DNA of 63,199 nucleotides, filler included, from Octopus bimaculoides (lineage: Eukaryota): the NCBI RefSeq assembly GCF_001194135.2. It is 6 parts of 6 records of this genome, joined end to end, with 100 filler letters (N's around TTAATTAATTAA, not from the genome) between each part and the next. Parts side by side here need not be neighbours in the genome. Positions count along the whole stretch, not along the records: positions 1 to 26,551 come from NC_068989.1; 5 more parts are not named here. One strand, given 5' to 3'. Below, piece after piece: positions 12,081 to 24,984 of the stretch. The position numbers and the translations under genes were made by a program. The notes beneath the pieces are model-generated. The model worked only from the letters and a program-made list of their open reading frames with translations. It made no database searches and was not told the DNA's origin. Numbering within the stretch: the stretch's first letter is position 1; each line of letters opens with the position of its first letter.

Positions 12081-12662
12081 NNNNNNNNNNNNNNNNNNNN
12101 NNNNNNNNNNNNNNNNNNNNNNNNNNNNNNNNNNNNNNNNNNNATATATATATTAATTATTATATTATATCTTTTTCTTTTTGAAGGAAAAAATAACCTA
12201 ACATCTAAAACAGTAGATTCGATTTTGGTCAAGTTCATTTAATATTTCTGTGTTTTTATTTTTAAATGTAATTTAAATCCTCCTTCGAAATGTTGTCTTA
12301 GTAAAGAATAATCGAGATAATCTCTCTACTTTTGAACGACTTCTCGCCTCTTCTACCGAACCCTGATAGAGTTAAGTATGTGTAATTGTGTGAATATGTC
12401 TGATTTTTTATTTATTTGGTTTGTCTCATTGTATTCCCTTCCTTAATCAGTGTTACGTTCCTCGCTCTCACTCTAAAACTGGTTGGAATATGTAGAACCA
12501 GTTTACACATTTATTACTTATAGCTCGTTTTTTTTTTCTTCTTCATTAATCTATTTAATAATTAATTAGTATTTAATTATTGACTCGTAAAGGCTGACAA
12601 GGATTAATTTACCGAGCGTGCGTACACATACAGAAGAAAAAAAAAGAAAAGAATTCGGCTTT

Positions 12663-12664
12663 AC

Positions 12665-12700
<36 letters not shown>

Positions 12701-12730
12701 CATTACTATATTATTATTATTATCATTATT
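12663..12730 (+). repeat. (TAT)n microsatellite immediately upstream of the paraxis 5' region
   Basis: Direct inspection. Confidence 0.95.
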
Positions 12731-12912
12731 AGCAGCAATATCAAAATTCCACTCCTAAAGAAAGGCTGGAAGTCGCTGCGCTTGTTTATGTCTGTTCGAA
12801 TTGGGCCGCCCAGAACGGTGTCTGACTGTTCTGGCCGATGCGCCACACCTCCCAGAACGGCCTTCAAGCACGTTCCCCGCGCTACCCTACTCAATTGAAT
12901 GTTTGTCTGGAT

Positions 12913-13509
12913 ATGGGAGACAATCTACGTCCAGTCTACAACGAGCCTTGTCACAAGAAAACGAAAGTTGGGGAAGACGATTTGGCAGTGCCGATACAGC
13001 ATCAGGAATCGGCTGGCTGCAGCCTGTCAGATTGTAGCGAAAGTTCCTGGTCTACAGAGGACTCGTGCAGTGTTAGTCGTCGCAGTAGTGCTACAACCCA
13101 CGGGAGTAAGAAGAACAACAACAACAGTGGACCTAAAGTGAATCGTAAGCGCAAAACCTCACCTACGTCTCACGGGCCCTCTTCTCCGGCCACAGTTATA
13201 CCTCCAACTTCGCAGATTCCACGACAACGAATGGCTGCTAACGCCAGGGAACGTGACCGCACACACAGTGTGAACACAGCTTTTGTTACACTTCGAACAT
13301 TAATCCCAACAGAACCAGCCGATCGCAAATTATCGAAAATCGAGACTTTGCGACTGGCAACCAGTTATATTGCTCATCTGAACACTGTATTAATGGTGGG
13401 ATCGAACAGTATCGATCAGCCTTGTATTAAACACCAAGCAATGATAAGAGGACATGATATGCCAAAACCAGTGTGTACATTTTGTTTAAGTGCTTCCAGG
13501 AATCGACCG
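12913..13509 (+). CDS. TCF15: Paraxis/Scleraxis-family class II bHLH transcription factor, exon 1 (an alternative in-frame ATG lies at 12838)
   Basis: The translation contains [53 protein letters not shown], the diagnostic paraxis/scleraxis bHLH, followed by the family motifs QPC and [11 protein letters not shown] 12913 has a good context (gatATGG). The exon ends at a consensus donor, CCG|GTAAGT (13509/13510), phase 0. Confidence 0.93.
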
Positions 13510-14150
13510 GTAAGTGGCGTTTTTTATTGCTTATTGATTGATAATTTCTAACTTGTGTAGGAATAGAAATTTAATTACCATCATTGTCTCTACATTGGTT
13601 TTTAACAGTAAAACATTTCTGATTTTGGTGGTTTGACAATTAATTCTTTTGCATATTTTGTTTAAAAAATAACTTTAAAAAAAAACCCCAGTGTTATAAT
13701 ACACACACACACACAGATAGACATGCACACAAACACACACATGGACATTCCCACACTCACCACACATACACACACAATTCCTATCGGAACAACTAAATTA
13801 ATATCAAAATTTTAACAATATTTCTTAATTGTTTGTGTTTATCCACTAAAAACATCGGAAGCCAACAATCACTTGGAGCAACCCAACACTTTAATTTCTT
13901 CCAGTTCTAATTGGATGAGAACAATGCTATTAACGAGAAGAGACTAAGCTGCTTGTTTTATGAAACAGTTTACAACTTGGAAGTGTTTCGTCATCGGTCG
14001 GATGAGTTATCATCTCTTTAACATTGTTGCTCTTCTCGTTAAGCTCAGCTTGTCCGTGTTCCACTCAATCCATGATCAAAAGGGTATAAACCATAAGCAT
14101 TTCATGTTGTTCATTTCTTTCTTTCTTTTTTTTTAAATTCCTTTACCCAG

Positions 14151-14180
14151 ATTGAGTGCATGTCAAACTGCAACATCTAA
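14151..14180 (+). CDS. TCF15: Predicted exon 2 of the paraxis/scleraxis gene (IECMSNCNI*)
   Basis: A long polypyrimidine tract ending in CAG (tcatttctttctttctttttttttaaattcctttacccag, AG at 14149-14150) lies 641 nt after the donor. Read in phase 0 it gives 9 codons and then TAA. AT-rich sequence follows, with AATAAA at 14434-14439. No transcript evidence. Confidence 0.55.
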   Translation: MECMSNCNI

Positions 14181-14433
14181 CGTGTCTTGTTTTTCAAAAA
14201 TGATAGTAATTTATGGAAGATTTGATTGCTCTTTCTAGCAGATCACATGATCACATAGAAGTTACATAATTATTCCTTGTATTATATATCTGTGAATATC
14301 GTCTGTTGAATAATGTATGCTGTAATATTAACCATTTGTGACCAGTTTTGATACGTGTTTGTGCGTCTGTGTGTGTGTGCACATGTTTGTTAATTTTATA
14401 TATAAAATCTGAAATAGGATAACGAAGTTAAAG

Positions 14434-14439
14434 AATAAA
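14434..14439 (+). promoter_or_regulatory. Candidate polyadenylation signal of the paraxis/scleraxis gene
   Basis: AATAAA about 250 nt after the predicted stop; (T)GT-rich sequence follows within about 70 nt. Confidence 0.35.
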
Positions 14440-14626
14440 GATTTACGTTATAATTATACATTATAAACCCACAATTTCACCCTTCTCTCTATAGATGTGT
14501 GAATTTGTGCATGCGCGTGCGTGTATAAGCAAATATGCAACAAAACTTTGCTCATTACTGCTATATAAACAAAAAGGCTTCCTCACAATCATCTTACACA
14601 TGATTAGCTAAATATAAAATGGTGTG

Positions 14627-14658
<32 letters not shown>

Positions 14659-14962
14659 ATGCCACAAACACATTATCATCTTACACACACACAAGCACAC
14701 ACGCTTACATATGTATGTATATATATGTGTATAAATATAGAGTATATACACTGTGTACCATATCGACAGCTCCTGGCATACACGCTAATGTTTGTTTTTT
14801 ATCTTGAGTTATGATAAAACCAGTTTTACATTAATCTGAAAAGTTCATCTTATACATTTGCAGAGGACAAATTTATCAATCTTAAACAAGAATGTTCTTG
14901 GCAATGACTCGGAAGATTCGGCCAGCTGAGCATTTGTCGTACTATATGCGTGTATGTGTGTA

Positions 14963-15068
<106 letters not shown>

Positions 15069-15486
15069 CTTGGAAAAGGATGCGTGTCGTTGGACATACA
15101 GAGATATGTATATAAACATATATGTATGTTTATATATATATATATATATATATAAATTAGTGTACATTTTCTAATTTTTCTACCCTATGTGTGTGTGTGT
15201 GAATATACATGTGAATATTTACGTGAGTATCTATACATTTATTTATGCACACACGCATATATGTATATATATATGCCTTCAGTAATGTTTTTATATACAC
15301 ACATATATATTCAGATATTTGCACGTGTGTATACAGTGCACTTGTTTCTATGCTCACAATCTGCAACATTTCATTGCACATACATCCGCTAAACACTCAG
15401 GGTGTAATCTAAGACACAACCTAAACTTAATAAATGGAGAGAGATGTATGCTTACACGTGAGTTTGTACGCACGCGCACACACACA

Positions 15487-15650
15487 CAATAGGTGTGGTG
15501 GGAAGTTCGCTTCCCAACCTCAAAGTTCCAGGTTCAGTCCCACTGCGTGGTTCCTTGCTTAAATGTGTTCTACTATAGCTCTGGGCCAACCAAAACCTTG
15601 GGATTGGGTTTGATAGACGGAAACTGAAAGAAACACGTCGTATGTGTGTG
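15487..15650 (+). mobile_element. SINE family B (CORE-type), 5' part
   Basis: B-box ggttcagtcccactgcgtgg, then cttgcttaaatgtgttctactatagc and gacggaaactgaaagaaac. Confidence 0.8.
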
Positions 15651-15863
15651 TATGTACACATACATATACATGCGCAAAAAATATATAGACATAAATATAC
15701 AGATATACTGTACGTAACATTAAATTAGAGACAGTAATTAACAAACATACTCACACACGCGCGTTGTTTTGCGTCATTCAAGCGCGCGCAGCCCCACCCA
15801 CGCATACACCTTTATAACTGTGAACATAACCATACACATACACTTATGTGTGCGTGTTTTAAA

Positions 15864-15894
<31 letters not shown>

Positions 15895-16032
15895 NNNNNN
15901 NNNNNNNNNNNNNNNTATATATACATATATATGCATGTGTATGCATATATATGTATATATAAATATATACGCATGTATGTATATATATATATGTGTGTGT
16001 GTGTATATATTAATGCATGTGTATATATGTAT

Positions 16033-16065
<33 letters not shown>

Positions 16066-16515
16066 CATACATATGTGTATGTATATACACATGTGTGTAT
16101 CTATGTGTATAGATATATATATGTATGCGTATATATATGTGTGTGTGTGTGTGTATATATATGTATACATATTTACATACACACACATGCATGTACTTGT
16201 GTGGCTGATTACCTAATATCTTGTGCAAAACCGATTGTTAAGCTCTGCTGTTGTGTATCTGTAATATTGTACAATTTCATGTGTGTATGGAGGTGGGGGG
16301 GGGGGTGCGCGTGTTCATTAACCATGAAGACATGTTTACATTTAAAACAATGAACAAATTTCAAATTTCAACGATTTTTGCAACAGGGAGATTCTTAAAA
16401 GCTTAGGACGGTTTTAAAAAGTGCAGAGATGAAACGTACACTCAGGAGACGTTCAGTTAAACCCCAAAAATTTCTTTCCGAAGATATTGAAAGAATAAAG
16501 CATCACACCACTCGC

Positions 16516-16550
<35 letters not shown>

Positions 16551-17757
16551 CAAAATAAAAGCGCTAAGCAGTGCGGTGTATAAATACAATCTTGTTACTA
16601 GTTCCAAAATGCCTGAGGCATATTCGAACCCACTGTGTTTTGTGTTGGAAACCAGTAGTTCTCAGCCGTTTTTTTTTACTTCTTTGATTGTTAGTCTATT
16701 CCGGTGGATCCCACCACCATAGCCATTCGATGTTTAAAGACTGGTTTTCTAGATATTTCTTTCAAAATTCCTATTTTCTTTTTTACTCATTAAATTGTGT
16801 AAGTTTGCACCAACCATCTTCAGGCAGAACGTGTTTCACCGGCCACAAATATACGACGTTAAACATTAGAGAAACAAACCTAATTGCTTCCTGCAATAAA
16901 TACATCTTGATCAAAATTTTTCATGGTCAATTAAAATCCTAGTGTGGATCCCCAGTTTACTATTTTGCTTGCATGGACCCCACAAAAATTTTATATCCAA
17001 CCCGATTGAGAATGAATGGTGCATATTGTAAGGGACTGCGAAGTATTTTCTCTTTCTCAAAATACAGTGTGTGGCTTTCTCACGAGTTTGAATATGCATC
17101 AAGTATATTGTGTGCTTATATCACAGTGTGTGTATCTCTGTATATATTCCAATTTGCTATGTTCTGTGTTTATATCCGACTGAAGTCAGCTTTTCTTGCC
17201 CTCCCGAACCTCATGGGTCGTTAAATAAAGTACCAGACTCGGCTGATAGCATGACGAAATCGTTAGAAACTTTGGATGGAATATTTTTCAATATTTGTTC
17301 CATCTCTTTACGCTTCGAGTTCCACTGAGGCCTAATTGGGTGGAACGTTTAAGCCACCACCCGGTTTAATACCCGCCATCAGATTCTTGGATACCTTAAC
17401 GAAATCCACTTTGTTGCAAACCAGTGCTTGGTTCGAGGATACTTTTGTTCCATCCTATTTACTGGTCAGAACTGACCATTACTCCTAAATATCAAAAGCC
17501 AGTGCTCAGATCAGTCAGGATTGAACCAACATCGAAGACCTTTTGTAAATCTTGAATCATGTTTTTTAATAAGTTTTCCTTATTTTATAAAAATTTTAAT
17601 TAAGACACTACGATGTGATTTGCTGAAGATTTAGCTGCTATCTAAAACAGATCAAGCGACCATACAGAAGCTATTAATCGGCCCGTTGTATTGGTTCTTT
17701 GAGAGTCAAGCACCTTCACCAAGGTTTCTTCTGTCAATTGGTGGCACATATCAATAT

Positions 17758-17991
17758 TTATTTATTTATTGCCCACAAGGGGCTAAACATAGAAGGGGAA
17801 AATAAGGACAGACAAATGGATTAAGTCGATTACATCGACCCCATTGTATAACTGGTACTTATTTAATCGATCCCGAAAGGATGAAAGTCAAAGTCGACCT
17901 CGGCGGAATTTGAACTCAGAACGTAAAGACAGACGAAATACCGCGAAGCATTTCGCCCGGCGTGCTAACGTTTCTGCTAGCTCGCCGCCTT
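17758..17991 (-). mobile_element. SINE family A, full length
   Basis: Nearly colinear with 22591-22802; head aaggcggcgagctagcagaaac on the minus strand. Confidence 0.92.
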
Positions 17992-18669
17992 GGTGTCACA
18001 TATCAATATCGAATATTGCTGACAGTGTGTGTGTGTGTGTGTATCGTTTGCTGCTTTTAATAACCAACGATACTGTTTCCTAATTGACAATCAGTAATCA
18101 CAAATGATTTGTCGTTTCGCCCCAGATCAGGTCTCATCGAGAACATCGATAACCACCACTGATTAGGTGTGATCAGGCAGATCTATACTATAAGGCATTC
18201 AAACCTTCACACTCTATTTTGGCAATATATGTAATTTCCTTATTTAAGATATTAGTGAGTGATTTTAAAGAAATGAGGCAGTTATTGCTACGTGTTGAGC
18301 GACCAGATAAAAGTTTGATTTATTGCTCATCAAATATATTCTTGTTTAGCCCCAGGTCAGCCCTGATTGAGTTAGCCGATGATCAAAGACATTTAGCCTT
18401 GACCATCAAGTGCTTTTGAGTCTCATTGGTTGATGAACCCTTCTAGTTTTTAAATGAGGGAATTTGGTTGCTATTTCTTTCACGTTGTGCGTCCACTTAC
18501 TGGTTCCACCGATGGCTTAGCAACTGTGCAGAAAGATGTAGCTTTGCGTTGAATTTCTATCTACTGTTTAACGTGATCATATTAACTGTCTCTGCAGTAC
18601 TTTTGGTTCTGCTCAGAAGACTATGATGTTGAGCTCCAACTGGAAGGCAAAATAACATATCCGTTAGAC

Positions 18670-18888
18670 CAGTGGTTCTCAACCGGGGTCCATATTGTTG
18701 TTAAAATTTACCTTTAATATTTCTACAAATCATAAAAGATCTTAATATTTTTTTATACGATTCCTATTTAATAATTAATTATAAAAGTATTATAGGATTT
18801 TTTAAAAAAATCAAATGGCTGTGAGATTTCAACTGAGTAAAATTTGAGTCAAAGAGGTAAATAGGCAAAAACTGGTTGAAAACTTCTG
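18670..18888. mobile_element. hAT-type MITE, related to 8185-8445
   Basis: TIRs cagtggttctcaacc ... ggttgaaaacttctg; TSD not recognisable. Confidence 0.6.
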
Positions 18889-19045
18889 TTAAATAAATTA
18901 ATACGAAAACAACGAACAACAATAAACTCCTGAATAATAAACTCCAGAAATTTGAGACATTTTTTTTTTTTTTCGTATTTACAAATTCATTCATTAACTG
19001 TGAATACATGTCAACATTTAAAACAAGGAACCAATTTTAAATATA

Positions 19046-19143
19046 GACGCAGGCGTTGGTATGCGTACTTCCCAACCACAAGGTTCCGGTTTCAGTCCCA
19101 CTGTGTGAGTGGATTTGGTGGGCGGAAACTAAAAGAAACCCGT

Positions 19144-19146
<3 letters not shown>
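19046..19146 (+). mobile_element. SINE family B head with an internal deletion
   Basis: gacgcaggcgttgg...aaccacaaggttccggtttcagtcccactg joined to tgtgagtggatttgg...ggaaactaaaagaaacccgtc. Confidence 0.75.
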
Positions 19147-19175
<29 letters not shown>

Positions 19176-19220
19176 NNNNNNNNNNNNNNNNNNNNNNNNN
19201 NNNNNNNNNNNNNGTGTGTT

Positions 19221-19322
<102 letters not shown>

Positions 19323-19604
19323 CACACACACATATACACGAGAGTTCTTGCGATTTTCTTCTATTTGTGTCTCTCTCTTCCAATGGACCCAATGGTCTCC
19401 AAGACATTATTATAAAGTAAATAAAGTGTTATTACTATCATTATTATTATTATTTGGTTTGACCTAGGTTCGGTCTTATTCCTAGTAGGAATTATGTGGG
19501 TAGTGAGTTACTACTAGTAACCTTGGGTATCCACAGGTTTTCACTAGTTTTTCAAGTGCTTAGAACCCTCCTGATTATCTTTGCTGACCCTAGGAAACAA
19601 ATTG

Positions 19605-19640
<36 letters not shown>

Positions 19641-19658
19641 AAAAAAAAAATTAAAATA

Positions 19659-19848
19659 AAGCAGCATGCCGGCAGAATCGTTAGCGCGCCGGACGAAATG
19701 CTTAGCGGTATTTCGTCGCTACGTTCTGAGTTCAAATTCCGCCGAAGTCAACTTTACCTTTCATCCTTTCGGGGATGATAAATTAAGTACCAGTTGAGTA
19801 CTGGGGTCGATTTAATCGACCATCCCCCTCTCCCAAATTTCAGGCCTT

Positions 19849-19887
<39 letters not shown>

Positions 19888-20025
19888 TACCGCCGAAATC
19901 GACTTTGCCATTCATTCTTTCGGGGTCGATAAAATACATAAATACCAGTTACGGACTGGAGTCGATGTAATCGACTACCTCCCTTCCCTAAAAATATTTC
20001 CAAGTCCATGTGCCTAGAGTAGAAA
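19659..20025 (+). mobile_element. SINE family A copy, then (GTA)n, then a second 3'-half copy (19889-20025)
   Basis: Two successive central domains (cctttcatcctttcgggg and cattcattctttcggggtcgat). Confidence 0.85.
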
Positions 20026-20342
20026 TAATAATAATAATAATAATAATAATCATCTATGATCGGTAGGATATATAGAATATACATAGGACCGAATTGCACA
20101 CACAATCCAAAGATGAAATTCACTGACAAGGCATTGGTCAGCCTGGGGCTATAGTTGACCAAGTAATATGGATGGATTTGTGTGTGTCAGTGTGTATGTA
20201 ACCATAATTGTATGTATATTTGCATGTATATGTGTGTGTATACATAAATGTATATATATTCGTATACATATGTGAATGTGCGTGTATGTATATATACATG
20301 TATGTATATAAATATGTATGTATAGATATATATATATATGTT

Positions 20343-20411
<69 letters not shown>

Positions 20412-20545
20412 GTGTGTGTGTGTATAATTTCAAATTAATAATAAAAGGGTAAAATTAATCAATTAAATTAATTAATTAAACAATCAATTAATTGATAATT
20501 TTACCAAGTAGATCGGTACGTTAAAATAACCTTTATAGGTAAAAT

Positions 20546-20752
20546 TATACAAATATTCTTTAATTATAAACATAATTGTAATTAGGGGTCATCTAATTGC
20601 TTCACCACATACCGAATTTAGAAATAGGAGTTCAAAATTCCTTTTCCACTAGTGTAAGAATCTCCCAGACAGTAAACACACTTCGGTATTTGGTGAAGCA
20701 ACTAGCAGACCCCTAATTATGATTATGTTTATAATTATAGAATATTTGTATA
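20546..20752. mobile_element. MITE-like palindromic element: 71-bp inverted arms and a 65-bp spacer
   Basis: The left arm (20546-20616) and the reverse complement of the right arm (20682-20752) differ at 7 of 71 positions with no indels. Both ends read TATA. Confidence 0.85.
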
Positions 20753-20864
20753 TATGTATATATCTGTATGCGTAGATGTATATATATGTATGTGTAAATA
20801 TGTATGATTATATATACATGTATATATATTTCTCTATATATGTATATATATATATTTGTATGTG

Positions 20865-20930
<66 letters not shown>

Positions 20931-20947
20931 CATATATTGGTATATCA

Positions 20948-21013
<66 letters not shown>

Positions 21014-21119
21014 GCATATATATTTATGTGTACATATATGTATGTGTGTACACATATGTGTGTATATGTACATATAAGGGATGTATATATGTTTATGTAT
21101 TTGTTTGTGTTGTTACATG

Positions 21120-21173
<54 letters not shown>

Positions 21174-21884
21174 CACATATATACATACACCTATGTAAAT
21201 AAACATAAACATATATAAAAATATATATATGCTTACATAGAAATAAACCCATGTGTTTGTGTGCGTGTGTATGTGTTTGTAAATTTACACTTCTAGGAAA
21301 TGGACCCTATTAAATGACCTTTTGGTCCTTTAAAGTTTAAACCAACGAGGAAATCTTTTTTATTCATTTTCTGCGCGAAATTGCAGCTAAATCGACCTCA
21401 AATCAAACCTGAACTTTATTGAAAAGAAATAAAATTTGGGAAATGTCAGTTATATATCTTGGATATATGGAATATCTTGAAATATCTTAGATCATAAATC
21501 CTACTCGAAGAGGTTTGAACTAGGACGAAACAACGAAACAAGTGAAAGAGAAGAGCCTGTGTGGTCGCCCGACAAGCTGGAAATAGCAGCCAAATATTCA
21601 TTATAACAGTTCTCCATTATCAGATAAATAAGGACACATTAGAGAGTGTATTTTTCGACAACCCAGAAAGGTTTGTCACTGTTGGGATACGTTTTGACCA
21701 TAGATTAGGTTCATTAGGCTTAACCCGGGTTAAACAACAGCATTCACGAGAAAGGGAAAGTTGAACAAATATTATTGTTCATTAGAACAATATGCAAACC
21801 CAACTAACTGCTTTAAACAACACGTACAGCTCTCCCCATTGTATTGTATATACATACATAACGACAGTACGCTCGCGCGCTCGT

Positions 21885-21915
<31 letters not shown>

Positions 21916-22590
21916 CCAGTGTGTATCATTTAATAAGATTATAAGGTTAATATTATGGAATGTAATGATTCCGAGCTGATTAGTGATATGTTACATACAT
22001 CTGGGTGGGTGAGTGCTTACTATTGATATGTATGTTTGGGCGTACGTATATACATAAGAAATAATTGAGATTCAGTTGAATTAGGTACTTAAGTTGAAGC
22101 ACCAAGTCAATCCAGTATCATCCGCACATATCGAAGTAATGTAATTAAAATCAAAATAAGCAGCAGGATATCAAGAGGTGATGCAGTACGACCATTTCAA
22201 GCGACTCCATTTAATTGAACAATGCAATCATTACATCGATTTAAATGCAGTGCCAACTTCAGCTGCACAAATAAATAAATAGAATTTTAACCAGTAGGAC
22301 ATAGTAATATATTTTTTCTCAAATATATATACACTCATCATGTATCACGCATAATACCATAAAAATGCATATGCATAGTATACTACACCACAGATATTAC
22401 CACAAATGATATGTGTGTGTGTATGGATGGATGTATATGCATCAATTAAGTGATATATGTTAATTAAACAAAACATACATCTCTATATTAATTTGAAATA
22501 TAACAAGGTATTTGATATAAAGTAATTCACGTACAATATTGAAATGTGTATATTGAAATATTCATTACATAATATATATTTATGTCTCTA

Positions 22591-22802
22591 ATGCTCACAG
22601 GGGGCTAAACATAGAAGGGACAGACAAAGGGATGAAGTCGATTACATCGATCCAGTGCATAACTGGTACTTATTTAATCGACCCCGAAAGGATGAAAGAC
22701 AAAGTCGACCTCGGCAGAATATGAACTCAGAACGTAAAGACAGACGAAATACCGCTAAGCATTTCGCCCGGCGTGCTAACGTATCTGCTAGTTCGCTGCC
22801 TT
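22591..22802 (-). mobile_element. SINE family A, full length
   Basis: Same sequence family as 17758-17991. Confidence 0.9.
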
Positions 22803-23358
22803 ATTGCATAACACATATTGTAATATATATATGGCGTGTTTCTGGAATGTGTAAATTACATAATATCGCATTTTATCACCACCCATCTAGAATATATAAT
22901 ACATATATATATTACCACTAATCAAATTATAGCGAATAAATGTACAATAAATACTGTTGTTCGTGCGAATATATATATTATAAAATGTATATTATATGTA
23001 ATTCCTTTTTAAAGTTATTTCTGTTTATATTTGTACTTTGGAGTACATTTCTTATAATGGACTTCAAAGATTTTAATAAGGTATTGTGAAATTATAAATT
23101 TATATTCGCAATTCGTAATGTCCAAATGATTTGTCTGTAGCAATGTATTTTGCGTATTATATGGATATTTTGGAATATAAAATGTCTTTTGGAATTTGTC
23201 AAAACCCGTGTTTCAATAAATATTTTTGTATTTTTAAATAATTTGATTGAAATGATTTACTCCGGAACTAATTTACTGAATTATAAATGGTAACACACAT
23301 TTACTTCAAGTTATTTTTCACGCACACATTTACTGCAGATTATTTACACGCGCGCGCG

Positions 23359-23397
<39 letters not shown>

Positions 23398-23716
23398 TAT
23401 ATGTGCACGTTATGTTATATATTACATAACTATTATGAAATATATATAATTCTCATTAATGTATATATAGTGCATATTGTCATTTATAACATATATATAT
23501 ATATATATACATAAATACACGTACATATATGTATATATATGCATGCATATTTACATCTATATGCTACAAATGACAATATACACTATATATATATCTACAC
23601 TATGTATAATTTATATAAATATATATATACATGCATGTATATATATATGCATATATAACATATACATAAATTTTAACATACAATTTTATATAAATTATAT
23701 ACACTGTATATTGCTA

Positions 23717-23764
<48 letters not shown>

Positions 23765-24102
23765 GTAATGGCGGTGCCCCAGCATGGCCACAGCTCATGA
23801 ACTGAAACTAGATAAAATGAAAAAAAATAAAATGAAAAATAATATATATAGAGAGAGATAGTTAGATAGCTAGATAGGTATATGTGAGTGTGTGTATGCG
23901 AGTGTAATATTATAATTATTGTAGTATATATATATGTGTGTGTGTGTGTGTNNNNNNNNNNNNNNNNNNNNNNNNNNNNNNNNNNNNNNNNNNNNNNNNN
24001 NNNNNNNNNNNNNNNNNNNNNNNNNNNNNNNNNNNNNNNNNNNNNNNNNNNTATACACACATATATGTATATATATGTATACATATATTTACGTCTATAT
24101 AC

Positions 24103-24135
<33 letters not shown>

Positions 24136-24219
24136 CATACACATCACTGTTTGTTTTATATTTTACTAATTAATATGATATGTATTTATTAATGTAATAC
24201 AATATAATACAATATAATG

Positions 24220-24291
<72 letters not shown>

Positions 24292-24952
24292 GAAATTATG
24301 TGCGAGTCTGAAATATATAGTGTGTTTGTGTGCATGCACTCATACATATCGCCTCACCCACATCTCTAAATTGTAATCTTGCCACACACGGACACCTACA
24401 TCTTAATATTATATCTCGAAATGATCCCATCGCTTTTATTTAGTCTCACAATTCGGATTAATTTAATAGTTTTTCATATCCTTATTGAGCCTTCTCGGTG
24501 AAACATTCTTCCTTCTCTCCCATGCCGGCAGAATAACTAGTCGAAGTTTGAATGTATGTATATAATATATATATATATATATGTCTGCGTGTGTGTGTAG
24601 CTTTATATGCATATACACATAAATAAATGTATATAAATGCATAAATTTTTATGTTAATATATACAAATGTATTTATGCATTTAAATCATGTAATTCATCC
24701 CGACTTTTTACAAGAATAGCTGACAGACTAATATTTTGCAAGTCATATTAAATGATGAAACTGAATAAAGTATCATGTCCTACACACATTCACTATTTAA
24801 ATACGCACACACCCACAAATATATGAATATGTATGTACATATCATTTGGTTTCAATGTATACACACATACATTTATGTACATATATATATTTATATACAC
24901 ACATACACTCACACATATAATATATATATGTATACATACAGAAATTTACGTG

Positions 24953-24984
<32 letters not shown>

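Noticed and set aside
13510-13551. C-terminal [13 protein letters not shown] of the supplied 237-aa ORF
   Set aside because: It begins exactly at a consensus GTAAGT donor and composition turns T-rich, so it is most likely intron read-through.
13975-14020. Minus-strand CCGATGA-C-GAAA and a TCATC/GATGA hairpin in the paraxis intron as another hammerhead
   Set aside because: There is no stem II between the boxes in one register and no CUGANGA box in the other, and stem I cannot form.
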